Shown: positions 11,490-23,317 of the stretch, in pieces | Layout of the letters: each line of letters opens with the position of its first letter | Numbering within the stretch: the stretch's first letter is position 1 | NCBI GenBank assembly: GCA_030141605.1 | Contig: JAQGDQ010001606.1 | Span: 1 to 32,715, forward strand | Origin: Tubiluchus corallicola | Lineage: Eukaryota; Animalia; Priapulida | Length of the DNA stretch: 32,715 nt | Reading direction: 5' to 3' | Made by a program: the position numbers and the translations under genes | The notes under the pieces: generated by a model | What the model was told of the DNA's origin: nothing | Seen by the model: the letters and a program-made list of their open reading frames with translations, nothing else | Database searches by the model: none

Positions 11490-11702
11490 CTAATGTCATT
11501 GAAATAATTCTGTTAAAAATCGTTTTACAGCAAACGGTTTATTTGAAACCATTTTGAATGCCTATTCTTCTTCCAACGGACGTCATTCATCCTGAACGAA
11601 AGTAGCGCACTGTCAATCTTAATCAGAAGTATAAGTAAGTTTTTACAAAAATTTTCGGCATGATAAGAGTTCTCTAGCATTTTTATTAATTTTATTATCG
11701 TT

Positions 11703-11738
11703 CTAGACGTGTTTCAGCCTACTAAGAGCTTCACCAGG
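11703..11738 (-). ncRNA. Decayed minimal hammerhead-like motif
   Basis: CTGGTGA-agc…gct-GAAACACGTC on the minus strand with AATAAA downstream; core has an A>G change. Confidence 0.3.
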
Positions 11739-11792
11739 GTTTTGATTTGAGAATGCTGTAAATTAACAGAACATACGTGCTTGCACGCACGC

Positions 11793-11830
11793 TGTGTGTG
11801 TGTGTGTGTGTGAGTGTGTGTGTGTGTGTG
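11793..11830. repeat. (TG)n microsatellite
   Basis: Direct reading. Confidence 0.95.
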
Positions 11831-12637
11831 CATGCGGGCGTGCATGGGGAGCCCTAACTGTAAATCATGGCACCCCAGTCCATTGACTTACTATGTTTCA
11901 AATATAGACAGCATGATTGATCTTAGTTCCTCATGCTTGAATCTTAGGATTTTTATAAAATAAGGATTTTAATTTTCCAAATGTTAAAGCTTTTAAATTG
12001 TTTCATAAACTGAAATGATATCAATATGACAAACTCAGATTTGTTTTTATTGTTTTATTGTCATAATGCTGGTTATAGAAATATGCATTTCACCATGGTT
12101 GTGTTTAGATAGGCCTACGCGTTAATTTGAGGGAACATTAGGTAAGCTGAAGAAGTTTGAATTAGTTTAAGCAGCATGGAAAGCCACGATGGGCTTACAA
12201 AAATTCACAAAGTTCCCGAGTTTTCAAACGAGTGGCAGCAACCACCACACCTGAAAATTTCTATTCAGATGTAGTATATTTTAGATTAATACTCCAATTT
12301 ATAGTTTTGGCAAATTTTTTGTTATATTTTTAAGACATTATGTACTTTGTTTGTTATGTTCCAACATACTGAGTGTGACTTGTTCTTGTCTTTAAAGTAT
12401 GCAAAGAATCTTTTCATTGCTCAGTGATACTCAATTCACAGTAGAAGGTTATGCATGTTGCACTCAGCAGCCACCATATATGCTTTCTGTGGCTCTACTA
12501 GCCCCATTAATGTCCCAAAAGCTCTAAAAAGCTCCTAAAACTGCCCCACACCATACCATGTTATAACTGCCTTCACATTCTCATTGTAAATTGTGCAAAG
12601 TTACATAAAATGGCTCAAAACAAGACAGTATGACAAT

Positions 12638-13040
12638 TAGGGCCGGATTACGAAACTTTGGGGCCCCTAGACTAATGACATTATGGGCCCCTCAGATGAA
12701 GCCACCCTCTAATTTGCTCGTGCTCGTCTCGAATATTCTTACTTGAGATATATTTTAGCAACATTTGCATAGCTTTAGCAACATGTTTCAAATAAAGCGG
12801 TCAAAGAGGGCCCTTATCTCAGAAAAAGGGCCTCAAACAAGGGCCCTTTGTCTCAAATAAAAGGGCTCAAACAGGGATGCTTTCTCTCAAATGAGGAGCC
12901 ATTTTAAAATTGGATTTTCACACCTCCTGGCTTCCTTTTTTTTAAAAGTTGAAATTTCATTTTTAAGGTAAGTGAATTATTTAACAACGCAAAGTATGGG
13001 CCCTCGAGGCTTGAGTGGTCTAAAGGGTAATGCAGCCCCA
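12638..13040. mobile_element. Probable hAT-like MITE with internal GGGCCC repeats
   Basis: Imperfect TIR tagggccggatta / taatgcagcccca; no clear TSD. Confidence 0.4.
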
Positions 13041-13060
13041 CAATGCTGTACAGTCCTCAC

Positions 13061-13266
13061 CAGATATTTTGCTTACAGTCTTTCCCTTCGCATCTTCAGG
13101 TTTTAGCACATCCATGGTTACTTCCGGCTGAGCAGTTACGCTGAGTTTCTCCGCGAGAAGCCTTTCTGCCTCCGACCTCTTACGTCGTTCTTCTGCCAAT
13201 CTCATCACTTCCTCGACGTCGCATCGAGGCGGACATCCGGAGAGTTCGTGCAAGCGGTGGTAAGTC
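13061..13266 (-). CDS. CFAP92: CFAP92-like exon 7 (TYHRLHELSGCPPRCDVEEVMRLAEERRKRSEAERLLAEK…KISG)
   Basis: ttttcag| acceptor phase 2, G|gtgagg donor phase 1; GC-richer open frame with a coiled-coil-like stretch. Confidence 0.7.
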
Positions 13267-13741
13267 CTGAAAACGCCGGATAATATTATTCAAAACATGG
13301 TCAAAAGATACGCCAGCCTCCGCGTGAAATTGCTGACTTGGAAAGTCCAAATCGGCACGTGATAATAGAATCAGTGAAAACATTTCCAATAAAATTCAAC
13401 AAAGTTCACCGTGTAAAATCCTGTATTCCTTCAAATTTGTTAAGTCAGGTATCTGTTTCTGCTGTTACAACTGTCAACGCCATTCTGGTTACATTCGCTG
13501 TAACGATGTCAGGATCAGAATGAACTTTGGGGCAACAGGCGATTAAACTCTGCCAATACTGCTAAATTACACTGTGCACATAGTAATTTATTGATTTATT
13601 GATTAAATATATCCACAACGATCATTACAGCATTGTACATAAAAGTATTTAATAACATATTTATTATTATGTACACAAGACGCCAAGCCGCAAATGACCC
13701 GTGGGGTACTCAAGAAGTAATTACTTGTTTAGAGCACCCCA

Positions 13742-14778
13742 AATGTGGACTGAGTGTAATAGAAAAGAGCAGTAAAGGAGTAGAAAGAAAGGTTAATAGA
13801 GAACAGAAAGAAGGAGAAAGATGTGATGGTATCTGTATGAAGTAAAGAATGTGGACTGAGTGTAGTAGAAAAGAGCAGTAAAGGAGTAGAAAGAAAGGTT
13901 AATAGAGAATAGAAAGAAAGAGAAAGATGTGATGGTATCTGTATGAAGTAAAGAATGTGGACTGAGTGTAGTAGAAAAGAGCAGTAAAGGAGTAGAAAGA
14001 AAGGTTAATAGAGAATAGAAAGAAAGAAAGATGGATGGTACTGATGAAGAAAATGGGACTGAGTGTAAAAAAAGGAGTAGAAAGAAAGGTTAATAGAGAA
14101 TAGAAAGAAGGAGAAAGATGTGATGGTATCTGTATGAAGTAATGAATGTGGACTGAGTGTAATAGAAAAGAGCAGTAAAGGAGTAGAAAGAAAGGTTAAT
14201 AGAGAATAGAAAGAAGGAGAAAGATGTGATGGTATCTGTATGAAGTAAAGAATGTGGACTGAGTGTAGTAGAAAAGAGCAGTAAAGGAGTAGAAAGAAAG
14301 GTTAATAGAGAATAGAAAGAAAGAGAAAGATGTGATGGTATCTGTATGAAGTAAAGAATGTGGACTGAGTGTAGTAGAAAAGAGCAGTAAAGGAGTAGAA
14401 AGAAAGGTTAATAGAGAATAGAAAGAAAGAGAAAGATGTGATGGTATCTGTATGAAGTAAAGAATGTGGACTGAGTGTAGTAGAAAAGAGCAGTTTCGGA
14501 GTAGAAAGAAAGGTTAATAGAGAATAGAAAGAAGGAGAAAGATGTGATGGTATCTGTATGAAGTAAAGAATGTGGACTGAGTGTAATAGAAAAGAGCAGT
14601 AAAGGAGTAGAAAGAAAGGTTAATAGAGAATAGAAAGAAGGAGAAAGATGTGATGGTATCTGTATGAAGTAAAGAATGTGGACTGAGTGTAGTAGAAAAG
14701 AGCAGTAAAGGAGTAGAAAGAAAGGTTAATAGAGAATAGAAAGAAGGAGAAAGATGTGATGGTATCTGTATGAAGTAA
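13742..14778. repeat. 106-bp purine-rich tandem repeat, about 10 copies
   Basis: Unit begins aatgtggactgagtgt; period 106. Confidence 0.97.
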
Positions 14779-14982
14779 CATGAACTATAGAAATGTAAAA
14801 ATTGACATAGCCAGCAACACAATGGATTCCGACAGGGACAGCAGCGTAATTAATCAAACTGATTTATTCTGTTTAATTAGAAAAGATTTCACTTTTCTAG
14901 TAGTGACAATAGTGTAAGAAAGAAAGCTAATATTTGCAGTTATAAAAACATTCACTTGTTATGAATACAATAAGCAACATAC

Positions 14983-15169
14983 TGTATTTTTGGTAGCGAC
15001 TCTCGACTATCTGCAGTTTTATCATGATCATCATCGTTACCAGCAGCTTGATCAACACCAACACTGTCAGCAATGCTACCGTTCTCCTCTTCTACGGGAA
15101 ACGTGACAATGACTTTATCGCGATTGTATTCTATTTGAGTTGCAGACGGATGCACTGATAAAGTCTCTG
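14983..15169 (-). CDS. CFAP92: CFAP92-like exon 6, acidic linker (…VHPSATQIEYNRDKVIVTFPVEEENG…ESLPKIQ)
   Basis: Open frame, CA|gtatgt donor phase 2; acceptor ambiguous (15169, 15166 or 15154). Confidence 0.6.
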
Positions 15170-15189
15170 CTAATGAACAAATATAATGG

Positions 15190-15905
15190 CTAAGTGGTTA
15201 ACTAAGACTATGGCTAACTGCAAGGATACATATAAAGTGGTCAATTAAGATTATGGCAACTGCAAGGACACATATTAACTGGTCAATTAAGATTATGGCA
15301 ACTGCAAGGACACATATTAAGTGGTTAACTAAGATATGGCAACTGCAAGGACACATATTAAGTGGTCAATTAAGATTATGGCAACTGCAAGGACACATAT
15401 TAAGTGGTCAATTAAGATTATGGCAACTGCAAGGACACATATTAAGTGGTTAATTAAGATTATGGCAACTGCAAGGACAGATATTAAGTGGTCAATTAAG
15501 ACTATAGCAACTGCAAGGACACATATTGAGTGGTCAATTAAGACTATGGATAATTGCAAGGACACATATTAAGTGGTCAATTAGGACTATGGCTAACTGC
15601 AAGGACACATATTAAGTGGTCGGTTAAGACTATGGCTAATTGCAAGGACACATATTAAGTGGTCAATTAAGACTATGGCTAACTGCAAGGACACATATTA
15701 AGTGGTCAACTAAGACTATGGCAACTGCAAGGATACATATTAAGTGGTCAATTAAGATTATGGCAACTGCAAGGACAGATATTAAGTGGTCAATTAAGAT
15801 TATAGCAACTGCAAGGATACATATAAAGTGGTCAATTAAGACTATGGCAACTGCAAGGATGCCTATTAAGTGGTCAATTAAGACTATGGCTAACTGCAAG
15901 GACAC
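15190..15905. repeat. 42/43-bp minisatellite, about 17 copies
   Basis: Unit attaagtggtcaattaaga(t/c)tatggcaactgcaaggacacat. Confidence 0.97.
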
Positions 15906-16483
15906 ACACAATTGCTATTAAGTCAGATGCCCAAGAAAACGAACAGCAAAATATTGCAAAATTATACAACAACATTTTTGTTTGATGGCAACTTTTTTGT
16001 CCAGAATTTACTTTACTTCAATTTGCTGTAAGATTGCGAAGAACAGGATATTTTGCTGAAATTTTCTTCTTTCAGAAAAGCATGTATGATAACATGCATG
16101 TAAGACGTTAAATTCGGCCCAAAAGTGAAACGCTAAAAATCTAAATGTCTAGATGTCTAGTAAACCTGCCCTTGAAAGAAGCCATACAGTTGTAGCAAGT
16201 AGTATGCAACTTTAATAATGACCATAATTTCTCTATCCTGTTCTTATGTGGAACAGTATTAATTGTCAAACTTCCACTTGAAAAGTCAGAACTCTTAAAA
16301 CAGTAAGAATTAAACGAGTTAAAGGAATCTAGGTTCATAAACATCTCTGAACATCTCTGAACATTTCTGAACTAGATACAAAATGATTTAGAAATTCATT
16401 AAATCAATTTCTTTTACAGCTCTACAATTTAATGACAAGAAATATGCTTATTGTACATACATTAAAGTATTATATATTATATT

Positions 16484-17019
16484 GACTACGGGCAAATCAC
16501 GTTGATAACACCGGTTCTCGTCTGATCACCAAAGTTAAGCAACCTAGAGCCTGGTTAGTACTTGGATGGGTGACCGCCTAGGAATACCAGGTGCTGTAGG
16601 CTTGCAGGATGCCCACACTGTATCACGGCACTAGGCAGAGGAGCTGCACAAGCAGCCATCGGCTAGAGGGCGGAGGAGGTCAAGTGACCCAATGGCCATG
16701 TGTAGAGGAGTAAACCTTCCAAATCAGGAGTGGAGCCCCGAAGGCGGATCAGTGCAGCATGCTCACTGACTCCGGCAGCCAACCTAGTGCCAAACGTATC
16801 GCTCTGCTTTCCTTTGGACTACACCAGGGAAGAAGAGAGGGGGTTCCTGTTGTCTGGGCAACTCAGGAACTCCATACACCTTGCCCAGGCGTGCGCCCTA
16901 GAGACGTTCAATGATCGCACTGCTCAGCCACAGTCGACGCTGCAGCTCCATCAATGTGATCAATAACTGACTCTCTTAGCGCACACTCCATTGTCTTCCC
17001 AGACAGAAGGATGCCAACC
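16484..17019 (+). mobile_element. 5S rRNA-derived SINE (SINE3-type) with RTE-like body and tail, full length
   Basis: 16484-16603 is a diverged 120-nt 5S rRNA with A- and C-box-like motifs and no oligo-T terminator; 3' end ccattgtcttcccagacagaaggatgccaac; TSD attatatt at 16476 and 17020. Confidence 0.88.
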
Positions 17020-17165
17020 ATTATATTTTATTCTTTTGTGTACACTAATTACTATTTCTGTTTCTAGCAAACAGTTTTAGACAGCAGTGTTATTGTACAA
17101 CATCCACTTAGTTACAAATATAATGTTTATTATCCAAAATAGAAATACACATGTGTAAAACTTAC

Positions 17166-17280
17166 ATGGTTTATATACAATGGCCTTCAATTCAAATAGC
17201 TCCATAAAAAGGTTCAAAGAGGAGAAACTTTCTATCGATGCCACCATTTGATCATCGCTAAATACTCGTTTCATTTCGTC
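17166..17280 (-). CDS. CFAP92: CFAP92-like exon 5 (DEMKRVFSDDQMVASIESFSSLNLFMELFELKAIVYKP)
   Basis: ttaatag| acceptor, T|gtaagt donor, open frame, phase 0-1; I recognise no conserved motif in it. Confidence 0.6.
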
Positions 17281-18519
17281 CTATTAAAAAATTAAACTGT
17301 AGAAATTTGCAATCATTTTATTGTAAAACGTGTACAATGTTCACAGACCATAAAACTGAACAAACAGTCATAAAGTTAGCAATATGATATTTTACAGTAG
17401 AAATTTTGCATCCTTTCTCAATCCTGTCTCTAGATCAACTGAAACTTGCATGCCTGAGAGAATAGACCTGTAATCACATGACCAGACATACAAGTTTCTA
17501 TTGGAAGGTACATTACATTCTTGCATACATACCATAAATGGAAAGGTCACCTATACTCTACAAACTACTAGTTAAACTAAAATCAAAGTCTACTTGGCTT
17601 CTTTGATAGCAGAATAAAGATTATTGGTTTACAGAAAGCTGCGTTATAATGTTATAATGTTATAATTTTTCTCTATTTAAACTTGAATAAGAGAGTTACA
17701 ACCAGAATTAAAGCATGAAATTAACAATTTAATTACTCTGATTAATGAATATCTATAAAAGCAAAAGGAAACAATATTTAGAAACAAAAATCAATCTCTG
17801 ACAAACTTTGTACAATTAGAGTAAAACAACGACTATAGATGGCAGCATAGACTAATTCAGTACCTTAGTGTAGTAGACTGACAATTAAATGGGTCACATA
17901 ATACTACAATCACATACTCGGTACAATAAGCGACATAAACTGAAACAGTTTCATCCTACAGTCTACACCTGTTTCAAGACAGCTATCAAACGAAAATGAA
18001 AAACCAAAAGATATGATAATGACACCCGAGAGAGTCAGAGACACCTCGGAAAAACAAATCTGCGTCATTTTGACTTTGCTCATCATTTTCCAACTTTAAC
18101 CTTGTTTACGTATGTTTTTCATGCATAACACAGGGTTATACCTCAATAAACCACATTGCTAATTGACGTATGCTAATTATTGTCATTACTATGGTGCTTA
18201 CTTGACTCGACTGACAAAGAGAACTCGACTGACAAAATTTTGTGATAAAATGACACGACGTACTGAACAAGAATGACTTCTTTCCTATCCTGTCTGTAAA
18301 ATGAGGCCAATGGCCTATTTCCTGTCCTAGCTCACTTGTGTATCAGCAGCCTAAATTTGCAAAAAACAAACACAAGGAGGCACCACGTGCTTATATCCAA
18401 AACAGAGTAAGTGATTAACAACTTCAAAATGCTACAGCCTCGATGATGCTGCTGCTGTCTCAACAAGCAAAAAGTAAGAGAAAACTAATGAAACACGCAA
18501 TAAAAAAGAAGAAACTTGC

Positions 18520-18676
18520 CACGCTCGTACGATCAGAGACTGCGGGAAATTGAAAGCCCTTGGGTTTGTCAGACCTCGCTCTCTGGGACAGCTTGTCCCG
18601 CGTGTTCCATACTCGTATCTCAAGCGTATGACAGAACAAATTCATCAACACCTCTTTTGTCATTGTAACGGTGTAC
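18520..18676 (-). CDS. CFAP92: CFAP92-like exon 4 (YTVTMTKEVLMNLFCHTLEIRVWNTRDKLSQRARSDKPKGFQFPAVSDRTSV)
   Basis: ttttag| acceptor, phase 2; matches CFAP92 'HKITLRLWNTKDKMS'; 3' end placed at a GC donor (GTG|gcaagt). Confidence 0.85.
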
Positions 18677-18774
18677 CTAAAATAACAGAAATAATACATA
18701 AAAATAACATCTTGAGTTTTGATTTAATGCTAAAATGATTGCTTTATATATTGCTTAAAAATATCCTATCGCGA

Positions 18775-19418
18775 TATTATATTATATTATATTATATTAT
18801 ATTATATTATATTATATTATCTTATCTTATCTTATCTTATCTTATCTTATCTTATCTTATCTTATCTTATCTTATCTTATCTTATCTTATCTTATCTTAT
18901 CTTATCTTATCTTATATTATATTATATTATATTATATTATATTATATTATATTATATTATATTATATTATATTATATTATATTATATTATATTATATTAT
19001 ATTATATTATATTATATTATATTATATTATATTACATCACATTATATCACATTACATCACATTATATTATATTATATTTACATTACATTACATCACATCA
19101 CATCACATCACATCACATCACATCACATCACATTACATTATATCATATCATATTATATCGCATTATATTACATTATATTACACTACATTACATTACATTA
19201 CATTATATTTACATTACATTACATTACATTACATCACATCACATTACATCACATCACATCACATCACATCACATCACATCACATCACATCACATCACATC
19301 ACATCACATCACATCACATCACATTACATTACATTATATTATATCATATCATATTATATCACATTATACATTACATTATATTATATTACACTACATTACA
19401 TTACATTATATTACATTA
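18775..19418. repeat. Compound pentanucleotide microsatellite (ATTAT)n(CTTAT)n(ATTAT)n(ATCAC/ATTAC)n
   Basis: Direct reading. Confidence 0.97.
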
Positions 19419-19419
19419 T

Positions 19420-19742
19420 GTTACCAATGTGGAAGTGCTATAGCAGGCGCAGTCAAGGCGGTTGCAGGAAATAGTCGCAGAGAGAAGGCTGAGATTGGCT
19501 GGACATATTCTACGCCTACCAGAACAACGCCACTCCAAAAGAGCGTAACGCTGGCAACCACCTGATGGAAAAAGGAAAAGAGGTCGGCCAAAAACAACGT
19601 GGCGCAGATCTATCAAAGAAGACCTTCGGGCCATGAACAGATGTTGGGAGAACATCGAAAGAGAAGCCGCCGATAGAATCCAGTGGAAAATGTTGTCTGC
19701 CCAATGTGCATCAGTGCACGGGAAGGACTAAGGTAAGGTAAG
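19420..19742 (+). mobile_element. Second copy of the same RTE 3' end, with in-frame stops
   Basis: Highly similar to 6058-6376; ends taaggtaaggtaag. Confidence 0.85.
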
Positions 19743-20600
19743 ATTGCTTTACATGAATATTAGATTAAAATTATGTAATTACATAGAAAATTCAGGATTT
19801 GAAAGTAGCCGGTACAATTGCTTTCCGACAATGGCTAAGCGGAGGGTACTTGTGATATAGTACCTGAGTAAAAGCAGTGCAATGCATTATGTTGGTGTCA
19901 AGCAATTTAATCTAGCATTCTATCACTATTTGTTTTTTTCGTATTTTTACAAACATGCATTTCCTGAAAGTGTTTAAAACGAAGCCAGCCTTAGTCATGT
20001 GACCTAAGCTTTAGTAGTATACGCCACCTATCAATCACACTTGTTTTTACACGTAGTTACATTTTCTGTTGCCGCTATGCTGATCATGCCGTTTGGTGAT
20101 ACTTGCATTGCTTTGTCTATTTTGTTACAATTTAACAGACACTAGTTGTACTTTCAAGCCAAAGTTGTCACCAATCAATGTAAGTCACCACCTACTTTAA
20201 TAATTAGTTAATAGTTTAAATTGGTTAGAATTGCTTCAAATCTCTAGAATCATAAAGTAATAATTTGTGTTTCAGTCTTCTTAAATCTAATTTTTCATTT
20301 TGTCTAAATAGTAATAACCTTTAGCACGTTCTTAAGCACTTTTTGTGATCTGTTATTTTAATAAATTGCAGGTCTATCGCATAGTTCAATACTGATTTTT
20401 GCCGTTTCTTTGCCTGGACTGGGCGCATCCACACATTATTTGAGCAAAAATACGCTTGTTCATCAACAAAAAAAACATTATGCAAAAGAATATGCACTTC
20501 ATCAGTACAATGTATTTCGAAAGCAAAATATAGATTAAAGGGATTTTTAGGCAAAACTTAAAGCGCACATAAAACGATGTGGCATTTGGAAACAGTGTAC

Positions 20601-20751
20601 CTGTGCGTCCACGCAATCCAAACTTTGTTAGACGTATCTTTCCATGTTTGCAGCACTTTAGTGTCATTTTCCATGTAAATTTTTGCAGCTTGGCCATATA
20701 GTACAACATCAGTCTTTACCGGAGTAGGATCGTCAGGAAGCAAACTGTATT
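20601..20751 (-). CDS. CFAP92: CFAP92-like exon 3, DUF4550-type region (EYSLLPDDPTPVKTDVVLYGQAAKIYMENDTKVLQTWKDTSNKVWIAWTHR)
   Basis: aaacag| acceptor, AG|gtacac donor, phase 1-2; strong resemblance to the KIAA1257/CFAP92 N-terminal domain. Confidence 0.88.
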
Positions 20752-21266
20752 CTGTTTGCAAAGCACAAGAAGAAATAAAGGTTTAAGAATTATTAGTGAT
20801 GTATCAAGTCCAGACATTTGATAAAATCAGTGACTTAATTGTTTTATAGCATTGTGGAAGTTCTACATTAGAGTTAGGTGCTGCCATCTATGTGCTAATC
20901 TTGTTACATTCTACCAGCTGACTTACCTTCAGTATAATTGTATGGTACAGTGACTACATACACACTGGTCCTCTCCCTATCTAAAATTAATGGTTGTTGT
21001 GAAGCCTGTGCAAGTCTGCATAGGTCAAGTTCAATACTATACGGGCTGTGAAACAGGTTTTACTGACTGTTTTTGCTTTCTAGTTTTTGCTCAATGTTCA
21101 GTGCAGCAGTTTTGCCACTCATGTTTTCTGTAGTTTAATAAACACTTTTCTGCTGTGTGCAGTGCAAATATTTATTATAGATTTTTGGTTCCTATCCATA
21201 CTTCTCTGTGCCTAAACTCAATCATAACAAAGTGATTGAACAACAACTTCAAAAATGACTTTCACA

Positions 21267-21948
21267 AGCATGATTTGTTGCATTTATAAGGATTATAAAC
21301 ACTTATAAATAGACAATCAATTAGGTCACTACACAGGGTTGTGAGAATTAATATAGATGATTTTCTAATGGTATTTCTTAAACTTTATTTAATACAAGCT
21401 TTTAATGTATTAATGTTTTAGTTGTTATATAGCATGATTTGTTGCATTTATAAACATTATAAATGTTTATAAATAGATAATCAATTAGGTCACTACACAG
21501 AGTTGTGAGAGTTAAAATAGATAATTTTCTAATGGTACTTCTTAAACTTTATTTAATACAAGCTTTTAATGTATTAATTGTTTAATGTATTAATGTTTTA
21601 ATTGTTATATAGCATGATCTGATGCATTTATAAACATTATAACTGTTTATAAATGGAGTTGTGAGAGTTAAAATAGATAATTTTCTAATGGTATTTCTTA
21701 AACTTTATTTAGTATAAGCTTTTAATATATGTAATATATATCTTTTAACTAGATATGGACATTTAGTAAACAGCTTTTATTTGTTCAGGGTAAGGACATG
21801 TTCAGTTAACAGTAAAAATTTAACTTAATAGCTTAATGTATATGTTAACAACTTTCTTCTATACTAATAGATAAAAACATATTCAGTTAACAGTAAAAAT
21901 TTAACTTAATAGCTTAATGTATATGTTAACAACTTTCTTCTATACTTA
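21267..21948. repeat. AT-rich local tandem duplications (~165-bp unit x ~2.7, then 83-bp unit x ~2)
   Basis: agcatgatttgttgcatttataa recurs three times; ttcagttaacagtaaaaattt recurs twice. Confidence 0.85.
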
Positions 21949-22371
21949 TAGTAACAGAGGCTAATTTAAATTTTGCACTATTCTAAATTCAGTTTTGACA
22001 ATTATGCCAGTAAACAAATAATTCACATACATTTCATACAGCAGCAGTATATGCAAAATTCAACATGCATCTCGTCATCAATTATTCGCATAAAAATAAA
22101 TAATTCCTGGCATTGGTAGCTGTTTGGAAAAGATTTTATGTGGTCACGCTTTTACAGCTGAATCGGGATGGCACGCATATATAATCTTCTACATCCCTTA
22201 TTGCTTACAGATAAAAAGAATAAACCTGTCAACATTTCATCTCAAGTTTTTGATTTCTATTAACATGGAGGAAGGGTTTCAAATAAAACTGATACAAATA
22301 CCAAAATGAAGGTTAAAAAATTTAGGTTCAAGTAATGAAAATTTAGCAACAATGAAAATCCGCTGGATATA

Positions 22372-22772
22372 TGTTTTGCTTTAAACTGAATTTTGTTTTT
22401 GCTCTTGAGTTTGATTTTGTTGCTTTTGTGTGATATAATTTTTGCCCTACCCTGAATTCTGTTTTGATTTGCTTGTGATAATTTCTTTTACTTTCAGTTG
22501 AATTGTTTTTGCTTTATAAAATTTTCGCTTTGAGTTTCATTTTGTTTGATATAATTTTTTGCTATGAGTTAAATTTCGTTTTGCATTGCTTGTGAAAACT
22601 ACCTTTTATTCTGAGTGGAATTGCACTTTTGTTTTGAGTAGATTTTTGTTGCTTTTTTTGTTTGATACTATTTTTTGCTCTACATTGAATTTCATTAATT
22701 TTTTGTTTGATGTTATGCCTTGTTATGCTTTGAACTGCATTTCTGCTTTGAGTTGATTTTTGTTGCTTTTGC
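22372..22772. repeat. Degenerate T-rich tandem repeat
   Basis: Recurrent ttttgct(t/a)tgagtt(g/a)(a)attt motif. Confidence 0.6.
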
Positions 22773-23078
22773 CTTTTATACATACACAAACACTTAAAAA
22801 TGTCATGAGCCTGTAAGTAAACTTGTATTTTTAATAAGGGGCAGCTGACCAAGTGACCAATAGGTCTTTCGCTGCTCCTTCTCAGCTGCAATGAAATGTA
22901 AAAATAATTATGACGAATTTTAACTGCTATTGAGAAAATAAATTCGAATTGAATTGAATATCACCTTTTATATTTATCTTTTACTAACAATCAGCAAACA
23001 AAAACCACATTTCTAAACGCCAAAGAAAAACTTATAATAAATATGATTTTATGTTAGATGCTTCAGATATAAACTTAC

Positions 23079-23153
23079 CTGTGTGAAAATACTGCTGAGC
23101 TTTTGGTGATTCGATGAGTGTTTGGTTTCCTTGAAAAACTGGACTTTTTGTTT
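23079..23153 (-). CDS. CFAP92: CFAP92-like exon 2 (KTKSPVFQGNQTLIESPKAQQYFHT)
   Basis: tatag|...ACAG|gtaagt, 75 bp, phase 1-1; joins the next exon to give YFHTEYSLLPDD, matching the CFAP92 'YHIEYxLLPDD' motif. Not in the ORF track. Confidence 0.8.
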
Positions 23154-23317
23154 CTATATTTCACAGTAAACAAGATTTACTTTAAAAAATAAATGAATGT
23201 ACATCACAAACTGTGTCAATTAACCAAGATCATAATTGTAGTAAAGCTTCAGCTTCCTCTTTAAGGAATACCGTTGCCAAATTTGAACCACATTCGAGTT
23301 GTTCTAATACCTCACTA

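Noticed and set aside
13270-13560. Coding-like sequence upstream of exon 7
   Set aside because: Stops in the minus-strand frames I read and no recognisable motif; could be a decayed exon but unsupported
15253-15921. Several ORFs with 14-aa repeats on both strands
   Set aside because: Products of the 42-bp minisatellite; the frame is broken by 43-bp units
16141-16344. Extra CFAP92 exon
   Set aside because: Could not find an acceptor and donor pair with compatible phases; left uncalled
16484-16603. Functional 5S rRNA gene
   Set aside because: Multiple substitutions, no oligo-T terminator, fused to a repeated body inside a TSD: a SINE head
16730-16966. ORF MEPRRR… repeated at 29904-30161
   Set aside because: Lies within the SINE body, GTG start, no recognisable protein
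18739-19443. 234-aa ORF
   Set aside because: Translation of a pentanucleotide microsatellite; no coding signal
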